Shown here: piece by piece, positions 10,089 to 20,427 of the stretch
How the letters are laid out: each line of letters begins with the position of its first letter
Position numbering within the stretch: position 1 is the stretch's first letter
Source: Polyangia bacterium
GTDB taxonomy: Bacteria > Myxococcota_A > Polyangia > JAAYKL01
Length of the DNA: 58,211 nt
Reading direction: 5' to 3'
Assembly: GCA_050287845.1 (NCBI GenBank)
Contig: JBNKCR010000006.1
Location: forward strand, 1 to 58,211
The notes under the pieces: generated by a model
Database searches by the model: none
What the model saw: only the letters and a program-made list of their open reading frames with translations
Told to the model about the DNA's origin: nothing
Made by a program: the position numbers and the translations under genes

Positions 10089-11321
10089 TTATCTGTCAGA
10101 CAGAGCGACCACGCCGGGAAGGGCTTTTCCTTCGAGATACTCAAGAGACGCGCCACCACCGGTGGACACGTGAGATACCTGTTCAGAAAGGCCGGCTTTT
10201 TCGATAGCGCTCACCGAATCGCCACCGCCGATGATGGTTACCGCACCTTTTCCGGTGGCATCCGCCAATGCCGTGGCCACACCGAATGTGCCTTTGGCGC
10301 TCTCAGCGATTTCAAATACGCCCATGGGGCCATTCCATACCACCGTTCTGGCTCCCTTTACGATGGCTGAAAATGCATCAACGGATTTGGGACCGGCATC
10401 GATAATCATTTTTCCGGCCGGAACGGCGTCCGCATCCACATAGGTCACCTCGCTGCAGGTACGGGCCCCGAAATCCATTTCATCCACCACGCCGCAATCC
10501 ACCGGCAGCTGAATTTTATCGCCGCCTTTGGACAGCAGATCTTTGGCCATCTCGATTCGTTCGTCTTCCACCAGTGACTTGCCCACTTCCTTGCCCTGCG
10601 CCTTGAAAAACGTGTTGGCCATGGCGCCACCGATAATGAGTTTGTCCACTTTGGGAAGCAACGCTTCAATCACGTCGATTTTGCCGGAAATCTTTGCACC
10701 ACCGATAACCGCCACAAACGGTTTTTCAGGGGCCTCCAGGGTGTCCCCCAGAAAATCAATTTCCTTTTTCAGCAGATAGCCGCAGGCGCGGGGCAAATCC
10801 ACACCCACCATGGAGCTGTGAGCCCGGTGGGCAGTGCCGAAGGCGTCATTCACGTACACTTCGGCCAGTTTGGTCAGGGCGGCGCGGAACTCGGCCACTT
10901 TGCCATCGTCTGCTTTCATCTTGTTGCCGTCGGCATCCACGCCTTTTCCGGTTTCCTCAATGTGAAAACGGAGATTTTCCAGCACCAGCACTTCGCCGGG
11001 CTGAAGTGCTGCAGCAGCGGCTTCCACTTCGGCGCCCACGCAATCGCCAACGAACTTCACTGGCTTGCCCAGCAGCTCGCCCAGACGATCCGCAGCGGGC
11101 TTCAGGCTGAACTCCGGCTTCACCAGCCCGTCGGGACGACCGAGGTGGCTCATGAGAATCAGGCTGGCGCCCTGATCGAGAATATATTGAATGGTGGGCA
11201 GTGATGCGCGGATGCGCTTGTCATTGTCCACTTTGCCGTCCTTGATCGGAACATTGAAATCCACGCGGGAGATGACCTTTTTGCCCTTTAAATCCAAATC
11301 TTCCACAAATAATTTTGCCAT
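10089..11321 (-). CDS. pgk: Phosphoglycerate kinase
   Basis: RVDFNVP, SHLGRP, LENLRFH, NDAFGTAHRAH, WNGPMGVFE, GGGDS, HVSTGGGASLE; start at MAKLF with AAGGA RBS. Confidence 0.98.
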   Translation of the reverse strand: MAKLFVEDLDLKGKKVISRVDFNVPIKDGKVDNDKRIRASLPTIQYILDQGASLILMSHLGRPDGLVKPEFSLKPAADRLGELLGKPVKFVGDCVGAEVEAAAAALQPGEVLVLENLRFHIEETGKGVDADGNKMKADDGKVAEFRAALTKLAEVYVNDAFGTAHRAHSSMVGVDLPRACGYLLKKEIDFLGDTLEAPEKPFVAVIGGAKISGKIDVIEALLPKVDKLIIGGAMANTFFKAQGKEVGKSLVEDERIEMAKDLLSKGGDKIQLPVDCGVVDEMDFGARTCSEVTYVDADAVPAGKMIIDAGPKSVDAFSAIVKGARTVVWNGPMGVFEIAESAKGTFGVATALADATGKGAVTIIGGGDSVSAIEKAGLSEQVSHVSTGGGASLEYLEGKALPGVVALSDR

Positions 11322-11456
11322 GGTGTATTCCTTTTCCGTAAAACGCTCCATTTCCGGAACGCGCATGTTGGGGATGTTCAAAAAACGAGGGCAGCGTAGG
11401 CAAACTGTATTTAAATTACAAGCGAAATAACGGCTTTTGCCGGGTCAATTCCGGGA

Positions 11457-12344
11457 TCAGTTCACCGGTAGAAGATGGGGGTGGTTCCGGAGGTAATCCA
11501 CATACACTTCGTAGGCCGCGCCGGGGGGTAGCGCACCGTCGTTGACCAGCGCGGTCAGCATTTTCATCAGGTCTCCCAGCGCCTTGCCGGGCACAATGTC
11601 AAATGCCTGAATCAATGCGTCCCCGAGGCCCCTGGGCAACGCTTTGGGCCGGGCGTCTTCTTTCAGGATTACCGCCACTCTTTCGGCCAGCATATTTATC
11701 TGCCGCAGTCCCCGTCGCACCTTCTCCTCATATTTACTGGTAATGTCGGCCCGACACAGATCCAGCAAATCCGGAAGGTACGGCCCGGCATCCCGGGCAA
11801 AGCGCCGCACCGCAGAATCGGTCCAGTCTTCGTGATAGGCCGACGCGCGCAGATGGGCGGCGATGAGAAAGCGGATTTCCCCCCGAACGTCGTCGGGAAA
11901 TGGCAGTCGCCGGGCGATTTTCTCAAACATCCGTGCGCCGATTTCCGGATGGCCGAGAAACGTTACCTGACCGTCCGGGGTGAATTTCCGGGTGGGCACC
12001 TTGCCAATATCGTGGAGCAGCGCCCCCCACCTCACCACCAGCCGATTGGGGGTCTGGCGGATCACCTGTCTGGTATGTGCCCAGACATCCTTGTGTTTCA
12101 CACTGTCCCCGAACCCTACCATAGCCGATACTTCCGGCAATTCCCGGGCCAGAATGCCCGTGCGCTCCAGCACATCCAGACCGCGATCCGGCCTTGGGCT
12201 GGTCAAAATGCGATTCATGGCCACCACAATGGTCGCCGGTGTCATTGGATTTCGAAATGCGCCGGTCTGGACCGCTGCCGTGGCTGCTTCCAGAGCACCG
12301 ACAAAATCGATTGCGTCCATGCCAACGTTCTTTTGTGTATTCAT
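11457..12344 (-). CDS. HD-domain protein resembling the C-terminal half of CCA-adding enzyme/poly(A) polymerase
   Basis: LERTGILARELPEVSAM, HKDVWAHT, ALLHDIGK, FLGHPEIGA, DSAVRRF, CRADITS; no N-terminal nucleotidyltransferase motifs; start uncertain. Confidence 0.8.
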   Translation of the reverse strand: MNTQKNVGMDAIDFVGALEAATAAVQTGAFRNPMTPATIVVAMNRILTSPRPDRGLDVLERTGILARELPEVSAMVGFGDSVKHKDVWAHTRQVIRQTPNRLVVRWGALLHDIGKVPTRKFTPDGQVTFLGHPEIGARMFEKIARRLPFPDDVRGEIRFLIAAHLRASAYHEDWTDSAVRRFARDAGPYLPDLLDLCRADITSKYEEKVRRGLRQINMLAERVAVILKEDARPKALPRGLGDALIQAFDIVPGKALGDLMKMLTALVNDGALPPGAAYEVYVDYLRNHPHLLPVN

Positions 12345-12500
12345 CTCATTCAACCAACAACCTGGAAACAAACCGGTGATGCCATGATGTCCGGGCGTCC
12401 ATCTATCACAAGGATCCGTCCCGGGCAAGGCATCCACTTGCGAATTATCTGAGGATTACCGCGAGAACGGATCTTGAGAAATTATGGTCATAAATTGGAA

Positions 12501-12528
12501 TTGACGAATGATTATTGCATATTATGTT
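12501..12528 (+). promoter_or_regulatory. Candidate sigma70 promoter upstream of mglBA
   Basis: TTGACG (12501-12506), 16 bp, TATGTT (12523-12528) in an AT-rich intergenic region. Confidence 0.3.
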
Positions 12529-12639
12529 ATATAGTCACTTGAACCCGGGAAACAGGTTTGATAAGAGATTGCACTGACGAAAACAAGATGATGCGCAACG
12601 GTTGGTGTTTCATGCCGCATCCTTTTCAGGAGAAGTTAA

Positions 12640-13122
12640 ATGGTTCGACCTCAAATCGTGATGTATGAAGAGGAGTTTAATCAGATTCAGGACGTCTGTG
12701 AAAAACTCGTGCGAGATGCAAATGCAATTGTGGTTTTTATTGTGGATAAAAATGGACAATTGATTGCCACCGCAGGGGAGTACGAAAATCTGGATACAAC
12801 TTCGCTCGCTTCTCTTACCGCGGGAAACATCGCCGCGACGGGTGGCATGGCCAAGGTACTCAAGGAAAACGAATTTGCGACTCAATTTCATGAGGGTGAA
12901 CATCAGAATGTTCACATTCAGATTGTTGGGCAGCGCGTTATTCTGGTGGTCATATTCGATGAGCGTTCCTCGTTGGGACTGGTGCGACTGCGTGTTCGCA
13001 AAGCCAATCAGGCGTTAAACCAGGTATTTGAAAAATTGATTGAAAAAGCCAATGACCCCAACGCATCGTCACCTCTTGAAGAAATCACTGATGACGATAT
13101 TGACAATCTGTTCAACGATTAG
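12640..13122 (+). CDS. mglB: Roadblock/LC7 protein MglB (GAP of MglA)
   Basis: VMYEEEF, DANA..VFIVDKNGQLIA, LDTTSLASLTAGNIAATGG, SSLGLVRLRV, EITDDDIDNLF. Confidence 0.96.
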   Translation: MVRPQIVMYEEEFNQIQDVCEKLVRDANAIVVFIVDKNGQLIATAGEYENLDTTSLASLTAGNIAATGGMAKVLKENEFATQFHEGEHQNVHIQIVGQRVILVVIFDERSSLGLVRLRVRKANQALNQVFEKLIEKANDPNASSPLEEITDDDIDNLFND

Positions 13123-13134
13123 AGGTACATTCGA

Positions 13135-13722
13135 ATGTCGTTTATCAATTATTCGTCGCGCGAAATTAACTGCAAAATCGTATATTACGGACCGGGATTA
13201 TGCGGCAAAACGACCAATCTCCAATACGTCTACAACCGCACAAATCCAGATGCCAAAGGCAAAATGATTTCTCTGGCCACAGAGACGGAACGTACGCTGT
13301 TTTTTGATTTCCTGCCCCTTTCTCTGGGCGAGATTCGCGGGTTTAAAACCCGATTCCATCTCTACACTGTTCCGGGCCAGGTATTTTACGACGCCTCCCG
13401 AAAATTAATTCTCAAAGGCGTGGACGGGGTGGTTTTTGTGGCGGATTCCCAGATGGAGCGAATGGAGGCCAACATCGAGTCCGTTGAAAATCTCAGGGAT
13501 AATCTTTCTGAGCAGGGGTATGACCTCGATAAATTGCCCTATGTGATTCAGTACAACAAGCGGGATCTTCCCAACGTGACAGACATCAATGAGTTGCGTT
13601 CAGTGCTGAATACCACCAACGTGCCGGATTTTGAAGCGGTCGCCACAAAGGGCAATGGCGTTTTTGATACCCTCAAAGCTACGGCCAAACTGGTTCTCAC
13701 CGAACTGAAAAAGGGTGGCTGA
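13135..13722 (+). CDS. mglA: Ras-like GTPase MglA
   Basis: [53 protein letters not shown]. Confidence 0.98.
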   Translation: MSFINYSSREINCKIVYYGPGLCGKTTNLQYVYNRTNPDAKGKMISLATETERTLFFDFLPLSLGEIRGFKTRFHLYTVPGQVFYDASRKLILKGVDGVVFVADSQMERMEANIESVENLRDNLSEQGYDLDKLPYVIQYNKRDLPNVTDINELRSVLNTTNVPDFEAVATKGNGVFDTLKATAKLVLTELKKGG

Positions 13723-13811
13723 TTCACCTTCCTGAACGATTCTCAGTTGATCATTCTTAAAGTCCGGCGTAAATTCCCTTCACAAACAATAAAACAATTT
13801 TCAAGGAGTAT

Positions 13812-14636
13812 ATGATGAAATCCACATTCAAAGTTGCAGTTCTGTTGTCGCTGGTTGGCCTGATGAGCGTGGCCTGTGGCCCTTCACAGGAAGAATACGA
13901 TGCGCTGCTGAACAACGCCAACAAGCTGAAAGAACAGTTGGCTTCCACGGAGCAATCCAACAGCGAGCTGCAGAGTAAACTCGATCAGATGAACAGCGAA
14001 AACAAAAAAATGGCGTCCAAACTCGCCGAGTTGGGGCAGAACGTCGAAGCGCTTCTGGGACAGAAAAGCGAACTGGCGTCTGACCTGGAAGCCACCCGAC
14101 AGAGAGAAGCCAAACTGCGCGCCGAGCAGGAAGCACAGAAGAAACGCATGGCCCAGTACCGCAAGGTGATCAAGCAGTTCCAGGAACTGGTGGATTCCGG
14201 CAAACTGAAAATCCGCATCGTGGACGGCCAGATGGTGGTTCAGATGGCTTCGAGCATTCTGTTTGAAACCGGTAAAGCCAGCCTCAGCGAGGAAGGCAAG
14301 GCGGCGCTGACCGAACTCGCCGGCATTCTCGCAACCATTCCCGATCGTAAATTTCAGATTGCCGGTCACACCGACAACGTGCCCATCAATTCCAAGAAAT
14401 TCCCCTCCAACTGGGAACTCTCTTCGGCCCGGGCCGTGAACGTGGTGAAGTACCTGCAGGAAAATGGAGTGGATCCCCGCAATGTCTCCGCGGCCGGCTA
14501 TGCAGAATATCGTCCGTCGGAAACCAACGACACCCCCGAAGGCAAAGCAGCGAACCGCCGCATCGAAATCACGCTGCTGCCCAACCTGAACGAGCTCCCC
14601 GACCTTTCTGACCTCGAAAAAGATATCCGTAAATAA
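13812..14636 (+). CDS. Coiled-coil lipoprotein with OmpA/MotB peptidoglycan-binding domain
   Basis: Lipobox SVAC; coiled coil; ILFETGKA, GHTDNVPI, NWELSSARA, NRRIEI. Confidence 0.9.
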   Translation: MMKSTFKVAVLLSLVGLMSVACGPSQEEYDALLNNANKLKEQLASTEQSNSELQSKLDQMNSENKKMASKLAELGQNVEALLGQKSELASDLEATRQREAKLRAEQEAQKKRMAQYRKVIKQFQELVDSGKLKIRIVDGQMVVQMASSILFETGKASLSEEGKAALTELAGILATIPDRKFQIAGHTDNVPINSKKFPSNWELSSARAVNVVKYLQENGVDPRNVSAAGYAEYRPSETNDTPEGKAANRRIEITLLPNLNELPDLSDLEKDIRK

Positions 14637-14654
14637 GCTGGAAACTGAGTAAGA

Positions 14655-15569
14655 ATGTCACACCTTCAGACTGTCGGTCTCGACATCGGTAGTAATACCG
14701 TGAGTTGCACGCAGCTGCGCCTTGGAAAACACGGAAGAATCAAGGTGCGCCGGGACAAATCGTTTCCGGTGCGCCTTTCGGAAGGACTGGTTCCCGGGGG
14801 AAAACTCAAGCCGGAAGCCGTGATGCGGGCGCTCATGGCCATTGAACAGATTGTTTCGAAATTCGACTACCACAGCAGTCGGTCCCGGGCAGTGGCCACG
14901 GCGGTACTGCGAATCGCCTGCAATCCCGAAGTCTTCACGAAACCCGCTGAAGAAATTCTCGGCACACCCATCGAAATTGTCGACGGTATCGAAGAGGCCC
15001 GCCTGACCGCCATCGGCGCGGTATTCGGGCTTCCGGAACGGGACGACTGGGCCATCCTCGATATTGGCGGGCAATCCACAGAGATTTCCAGCCGTGAAAC
15101 GGACGGTACATGGCGCTCCATCAGCATGCCCCTGGGGGTGGTGGGGGTCACCGAAGAATATTTCAGCTCCGAAACCCCATCCGAAGCGGAACAGCAGCAC
15201 GCACGGACAATGGTTCGACGCACCCTTGAAGAAAACCTGCCCATACCGGTACACGGCAATCTCGTCTGCGTAGGCGGCACCCCCACCACATTGAGCCGAT
15301 TGGTACACGGAATGACGGAATGGAATCGTGAAATGGTTCACGGCAGCGTGGTGTCCCTGGAAGATACCCATCGGTGGATGGGTATTTCCTCCACCCTGGA
15401 TGTCGCTACCCGTATTGAAAAATACGGCATGAAGCCCATGCGCGCCGATGTCTTCCCTGCGGGAGTTCTGATTCTTTGGGAAATGATGAACTATCTCAGC
15501 AAGGAATCCTTCACCGTATCGGCCAACGGTCTGAGGGTTGGATTGGCCCTGAGCCTGCTGAACGGATAA
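14655..15569 (+). CDS. Ppx/GppA family phosphatase
   Basis: DIGSNT, VRLSEG, ATAVLR, GIEEARL, DIGGQSTE, GGTPTT, RADV, GLRVG. Confidence 0.9.
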   Translation: MSHLQTVGLDIGSNTVSCTQLRLGKHGRIKVRRDKSFPVRLSEGLVPGGKLKPEAVMRALMAIEQIVSKFDYHSSRSRAVATAVLRIACNPEVFTKPAEEILGTPIEIVDGIEEARLTAIGAVFGLPERDDWAILDIGGQSTEISSRETDGTWRSISMPLGVVGVTEEYFSSETPSEAEQQHARTMVRRTLEENLPIPVHGNLVCVGGTPTTLSRLVHGMTEWNREMVHGSVVSLEDTHRWMGISSTLDVATRIEKYGMKPMRADVFPAGVLILWEMMNYLSKESFTVSANGLRVGLALSLLNG

Positions 15570-15746
15570 ATTCAGAATCCGCCACAACAGCTGCGTTGCC
15601 GATACCTTCCGATAACCGGATGGCGAAAACGATTCTGGTTCGGATAAAGTGTCTTTTTGTTCTGTAGCGACCCCTTAGCTTTTATGATATTAGAGCCGAA
15701 TACTATATATGTATGTGCAGATTGAATATCGGAAACAGAATTGATT

Positions 15747-18200
15747 ATGCAAAAAAAAACCACAAATTATCGCCTGAAACCCGCGGATCTCGTTTATCAG
15801 CTCCCGGCCGACTGCCTGAATTTTGAAACCACCGAAGAACTGGGTCCCCACGAGGGGATGATTGGACAGAACCGCGCCATGAAGGCGGTGGAGCTGGGAC
15901 TGGAAGTGCCCACCCGGGGATACAATATTTTTGCCGTGGGAGAACCCGGCTCCGGAAAAACGTCCACCCTCAAACGCATTGTGAAAGCCAAGGCCGCCAG
16001 AGAACCCGTGGCCAAAGATATTTGCTACGTGTACAATTTCGATTCACCGGATAGACCCACGGCGCTGCAGCTGCCTGCGGGTACCGGACACGAGCTGGCC
16101 CGGGATATGGAACGGCTGGTCAAAGCCCTGAAGAAGATGATTCCGCGAATTCTGCTCGAAGGGGCTTCCGGACACATCCGCGCCGGGATTGTGGCTGAAA
16201 CCAAGGCCCGGGCCGATGAACTGACGTCCAAGGCGTCCCGGGTGGCGGCGGACCTGGGATTGCTCCTGCAGGAAACGGACAATGCCATCCATGTACTGCC
16301 TCTCTACCGGGGCAAACCCATCACCGAAACCAGAATGGAGGAACTGCCGGAACGCACGCGGCGGCGCCTCGAAAAGAAAATTATAGAATTCCAGGAACGG
16401 GCGGAAAGCTTTGCCTATGCCCGCAGACAGCTCGAAATTGACCATGATGAGCGGGTTCGACAGGCCGAAATTCGCGCCATCACCCCCATCGTGGAAGAGC
16501 GGATTCGCGAGGTCATTGAGCAGTATCGGGAGCTGGGTGACGATGTGGTGGCGTACCTGGAAAAAGTGCTGGCCCACTGTGTGGACAATTACCATCTGTT
16601 TGTGCAGGATGATCAGGACTCCCAGGACACCGACGGGGTTCCCCTCGCGGCGCTCCTGGAAAGGGACCAGGGCACTTCCAACGACGATCCGGAAACCCTG
16701 TATCACGTCAATGTGTTCATTGATCGAAGTAATGAAACCGGCGCTCCGGTGGTGGTGGAACGGATTCCCACGGCAGCGGCCCTCTGCGGCTTCTTTGAAT
16801 ACCGGGAATCGTCCGGCGGTCTGGTGACCGATCATACACTGCTTCGCCCCGGCGCATTGCACCAGGCCAACGGTGGCTACCTGCTGTTGCAGGCCCAGGA
16901 GCTGCTCAGTCACGAAAATGCGTGGAATTCACTGAAACGGGCGTTGCGCCACAAGGAAATCATCATTGACGAAGGCATGGGCCAGGGAGAACGTCCCAAG
17001 CTGGCGGGCGCGCTCAAACCCGGCGCCGTGGAGCTGGACACCAAAGTCATCCTGGTGGGCGGACACGAAATTTACTACATCCTCAGCATGGAGGACGAAA
17101 ACTTCAGCCGACTCTTCAAGATTCTCGCCGACTTCGAGCCCACCATGGCCGGCACCAAATCCAATGTGCTCAAACTGGCCCGGTTCATCGGACAGGTCTG
17201 CCGGGAAGAAGGCTACCTGCCCGTGCACCGGACCGGAGTGGCCAAACTCATGGAGTTTGCTGCCAGACGCGCCGCCCAGAAGGAAAAGCTTATCACCAGA
17301 CAGGCAGCGATTCTGGATGTGCTGGCGGAATCCAATGTGTTCGCCAAAAAACGGAAATCAGCCACCATCCGCAAGCGCGACGTGGAGATGGCCATCGTGG
17401 CCAAGGAACACCGGCACGGATCCATCAGAGACGCGGTGGCCCGGGAAATCGATTCCGGCACGGTGCTCATCCGCTCCAAAGGGTTCGCGGTGGGACAGAT
17501 TAACGGCATCGCGGTGTACGACGTGGGAGGATATGCCTTCGGCACCCCCGTACGCATCACCGCCCGGACCTATGTGGGCCGGCGGGGAGTCGTCAACATT
17601 GACCGGGAAGTGCACCTCTCCGGCGCCATCCACGACAAGGGCTCGATGATCATGATTGGCTACGTGGGCGGTCGCTTTGCACTTCGGGAATCGCTGGCAT
17701 TCTCCGCGTCCATCACTTTTGAACAGTCATACGATGAAATTGATGGCGATTCGGCTTCCAGCGCGGAACTGTATGCGCTGCTCTCCTCCCTCTCCGGCTG
17801 TTCCATCAACCAGGGGATTGCCGTGACCGGATCGGTCAACCAGCTGGGTGAAGTGCAACCCATCGGCGGAGTGAACGAAAAAATCGAGGGCGTATTCGAC
17901 ATGTGCGCCCACCGCGGTCTCACCGGAGACCAGGGAGTGATGATTCCGGCGCCCAACATCAAGAATCTCATTCTGAAAAAAGACGTGGTCGATGCGGTGC
18001 GACTGGGCAAATTCCACATTTATGCCGTTTCCACCATAGACGAGGGGATTGAGGTACTCACCGGCGTCCGGGCCGGGCGGCGCAGAACCGGCGGAAAATG
18101 GGAAAAAGACAGCATCAACGACCGGGTACAACGGAAACTGGAAGAATTTATCAAAGCCACTCAAAATGACCTTCGGGCTGCATTGAAATGCGAACTTTAA
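15747..18200 (+). CDS. Lon-family protease (LonC/LonB-like, AAA_32 plus Lon_C)
   Basis: GQNRAMKA, Walker A GEPGSGKT, PGALHQANGGYL, catalytic DGDSASSAE and GGVNEKIEG. Confidence 0.92.
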   Translation: MQKKTTNYRLKPADLVYQLPADCLNFETTEELGPHEGMIGQNRAMKAVELGLEVPTRGYNIFAVGEPGSGKTSTLKRIVKAKAAREPVAKDICYVYNFDSPDRPTALQLPAGTGHELARDMERLVKALKKMIPRILLEGASGHIRAGIVAETKARADELTSKASRVAADLGLLLQETDNAIHVLPLYRGKPITETRMEELPERTRRRLEKKIIEFQERAESFAYARRQLEIDHDERVRQAEIRAITPIVEERIREVIEQYRELGDDVVAYLEKVLAHCVDNYHLFVQDDQDSQDTDGVPLAALLERDQGTSNDDPETLYHVNVFIDRSNETGAPVVVERIPTAAALCGFFEYRESSGGLVTDHTLLRPGALHQANGGYLLLQAQELLSHENAWNSLKRALRHKEIIIDEGMGQGERPKLAGALKPGAVELDTKVILVGGHEIYYILSMEDENFSRLFKILADFEPTMAGTKSNVLKLARFIGQVCREEGYLPVHRTGVAKLMEFAARRAAQKEKLITRQAAILDVLAESNVFAKKRKSATIRKRDVEMAIVAKEHRHGSIRDAVAREIDSGTVLIRSKGFAVGQINGIAVYDVGGYAFGTPVRITARTYVGRRGVVNIDREVHLSGAIHDKGSMIMIGYVGGRFALRESLAFSASITFEQSYDEIDGDSASSAELYALLSSLSGCSINQGIAVTGSVNQLGEVQPIGGVNEKIEGVFDMCAHRGLTGDQGVMIPAPNIKNLILKKDVVDAVRLGKFHIYAVSTIDEGIEVLTGVRAGRRRTGGKWEKDSINDRVQRKLEEFIKATQNDLRAALKCEL

Positions 18201-18250
18201 TTACTTTTCCCGGAGCCGATAAAAAACTTGCCCATGATAATTGATCTCTT

Positions 18251-18279
18251 TTGCAATACAGAGCAACTCGTAATATAAA
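18251..18279 (+). promoter_or_regulatory. Candidate sigma70 promoter
   Basis: TTGCAA (18251-18256), 17 bp, TATAAA (18274-18279), about 70 bp upstream of ATG 18350. Confidence 0.4.
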
Positions 18280-18349
18280 TTCGACTCGTTGCGTTTTTTT
18301 GCGGCAACAACCACTGTCTTTCATGTAAAAAAAAAGGCGAGAAACACTC

Positions 18350-19582
18350 ATGATTATTAAGTGTCCCGAATGCACAACCGGGTACAATATTCCCGACTCG
18401 ACACTTGGCGACAAACCCCGCAAGATGAGGTGTGCCAAGTGTAAGAATATCTTTACCGTGACACGTCGAAGTGAAGAGACGCCACAGGGGTACGAAGAGT
18501 TCACCGCCTCCGGAAGCGGGCTGCCACCGGAATTTGCTTTTCTCAAAGCATCCGTTCCACCTGCACAGGCACCGGCCCCATCCATCCCCAGTATGAGTGA
18601 AGGGGGTACATTTGTCGGTCACGCCCCCAGTGGTCCTCCGTCCTCCGTCCCCCCTGTTGCGTCAGTCCCTGATATGAAAAAAACCGTACTCGGTCAGCCG
18701 GTGCCCACCATCCCGGATTACAAGAAGGCGCCACCCCCCCCCATGGCCGGCACTGCCCAGGCCGCACCACCACCGATACCCGCGAATTACCCGGCCCAAC
18801 CATCAGCGGGCAACGGCGAGTTTGCGATGCAGTTTCCCGAACAGGCCCTGGAACAGGCACAGAGTCCTGCGGCAAAGGCCGCTGTGGAAGAGCTGCGGCA
18901 AGGGGGCGCCATCCCCATCCGAAACAGTCTGCCGGCCGAAAACATGTTTGGCAGCAGTGCATCCGGGTGGGAAGTGGAAGCGCCCATGGAGCTGGGGTCC
19001 TATGCGGTATCGCTGGCTCCCGATCTCAATCATGGCCACCAGTTGGCCGGTAAAATCACCTTTGGAGTGATTGTTGTGCTCATTGTTTTTTTTCTGTTCG
19101 TTGCGGGCCGCAGCGGATGGTCGCTGTCGCTGTCGGCGTTGCCGGAGCAGATCTCGTTCGCATTTTCGTCCGGTTCCCTGGAAGAAATTCCCGAGCCCGC
19201 CAAAAACATTGAAGCCACCGTGGTGACCAAGCAGGTGGTTACCTCTTCCCGCGGTACATATCTCATCGTGTCCGGAGAGGTAATCAACAACAATCCTTCC
19301 GGAAGGAGCAATATCCTGCTGCGCGGCAGACTTTACGACGGCAAGGGCGAGCTGCGGAGCGAAGCCAGGATGCCCTGTGGACGCGTGGTGGATAAAAAAA
19401 TCATTCGGAAAACGCCGGCCCACAGTATTTCGCAACATTACATGGACAGAGGGAAGCTCATCAATTGTCAGATAGGTCCCAACGGCGACCGTATTTTCCA
19501 GGTGGTGTTCACCGATCTGCCCAAAGATTACGATGCCGGCTTCGACATCAGAGTCAGCGCCATCGCTGCCACCATTCCCTGA
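18350..19582 (+). CDS. MJ0042-type zinc-ribbon / Pro-rich / TM / DUF3426-like protein
   Basis: MIIKCPECTTGY...MRCAKCKNIF; Pro-rich linker; TM GVIVVLIVFFLFVA; periplasmic VSGEVINN...LRGRLYD. Confidence 0.8.
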   Translation: MIIKCPECTTGYNIPDSTLGDKPRKMRCAKCKNIFTVTRRSEETPQGYEEFTASGSGLPPEFAFLKASVPPAQAPAPSIPSMSEGGTFVGHAPSGPPSSVPPVASVPDMKKTVLGQPVPTIPDYKKAPPPPMAGTAQAAPPPIPANYPAQPSAGNGEFAMQFPEQALEQAQSPAAKAAVEELRQGGAIPIRNSLPAENMFGSSASGWEVEAPMELGSYAVSLAPDLNHGHQLAGKITFGVIVVLIVFFLFVAGRSGWSLSLSALPEQISFAFSSGSLEEIPEPAKNIEATVVTKQVVTSSRGTYLIVSGEVINNNPSGRSNILLRGRLYDGKGELRSEARMPCGRVVDKKIIRKTPAHSISQHYMDRGKLINCQIGPNGDRIFQVVFTDLPKDYDAGFDIRVSAIAATIP

Positions 19583-20357
19583 TATCGCTGTGCCCGTTCC
19601 ATCTGCTCATCTGTCGATTATTCACCAGAAACTGCAGGGGTTGGAAGAAACAATGCAGCGCTGCGTGATGTTCTCGAAACAAATCTGTGAATTGGAGTCC
19701 ACAGATGCGTCCCGGGTCTTCAGGGAAATATGCATCCACCCCGGCATCACCCGGGAACCCCGGGATATCCTGGCCGCGGAGGCGGCGTTCAACGCACTGA
19801 TAAACAATCTCTGGCCCGAGGAACACCTGCAGCACACCCGGGAAGCCGCCGCCTATCTGGACGACGAAGTCACCCTGGCGTTACTGATCTCCCCCAAAAG
19901 ACTGGAATCCGTCGACGACCCGACGCAGATTCCCGGATACAGCAATGATCGGGTGCTCACACTGGGGGAACGGAAATCCCTGGCCTCCGTGCCTTCGCGC
20001 AGCACCCTGGAAAAAGCCATGATGGACCCCCATCCCGATGTGGCCAGAAAACTGTTGGACAATCCCCGGCTCACCGAGACCGACGTGGTTCGTATTGCCG
20101 CCAAATCCACCATGGCGCCCCTGGTGCTGTGTGAAATTGCGGCGCATCCCAGGTGGCGCAAGCAGCCCATCGTTCAGAAGGCCCTGGTTCACAACCGGTT
20201 GCTGCCAGCGGATTTCGGACTGACTCTGTTGCCATTTCTCGAGAAAAGGGTGCTCCACGACGTGTCCCGGGATGCCCGGCTGGACGATACCATCCAACAC
20301 GCCGCCGCGGTGCTGCTGGCCGGCATCGAATCCGCGCGCCGGCTGTTCCGTCAATAA
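19533..20357 (+). CDS. Conserved hypothetical alpha-helical repeat protein
   Basis: LTLGERKSLA, DPHPDVARKLLDNPRLTETDVVRIAA, ALVHNR (LRV/HEAT-like); the true start may be downstream (19590 or 19653). Confidence 0.65.
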   Translation: MPASTSESAPSLPPFPDIAVPVPSAHLSIIHQKLQGLEETMQRCVMFSKQICELESTDASRVFREICIHPGITREPRDILAAEAAFNALINNLWPEEHLQHTREAAAYLDDEVTLALLISPKRLESVDDPTQIPGYSNDRVLTLGERKSLASVPSRSTLEKAMMDPHPDVARKLLDNPRLTETDVVRIAAKSTMAPLVLCEIAAHPRWRKQPIVQKALVHNRLLPADFGLTLLPFLEKRVLHDVSRDARLDDTIQHAAAVLLAGIESARRLFRQ

Positions 20358-20427
20358 CCGTCTTCGACTATTCGGGACAGGGTAAAAAAAATTCGCAACA
20401 ATCGTCCCGGCGGAACGATATGGCGAT

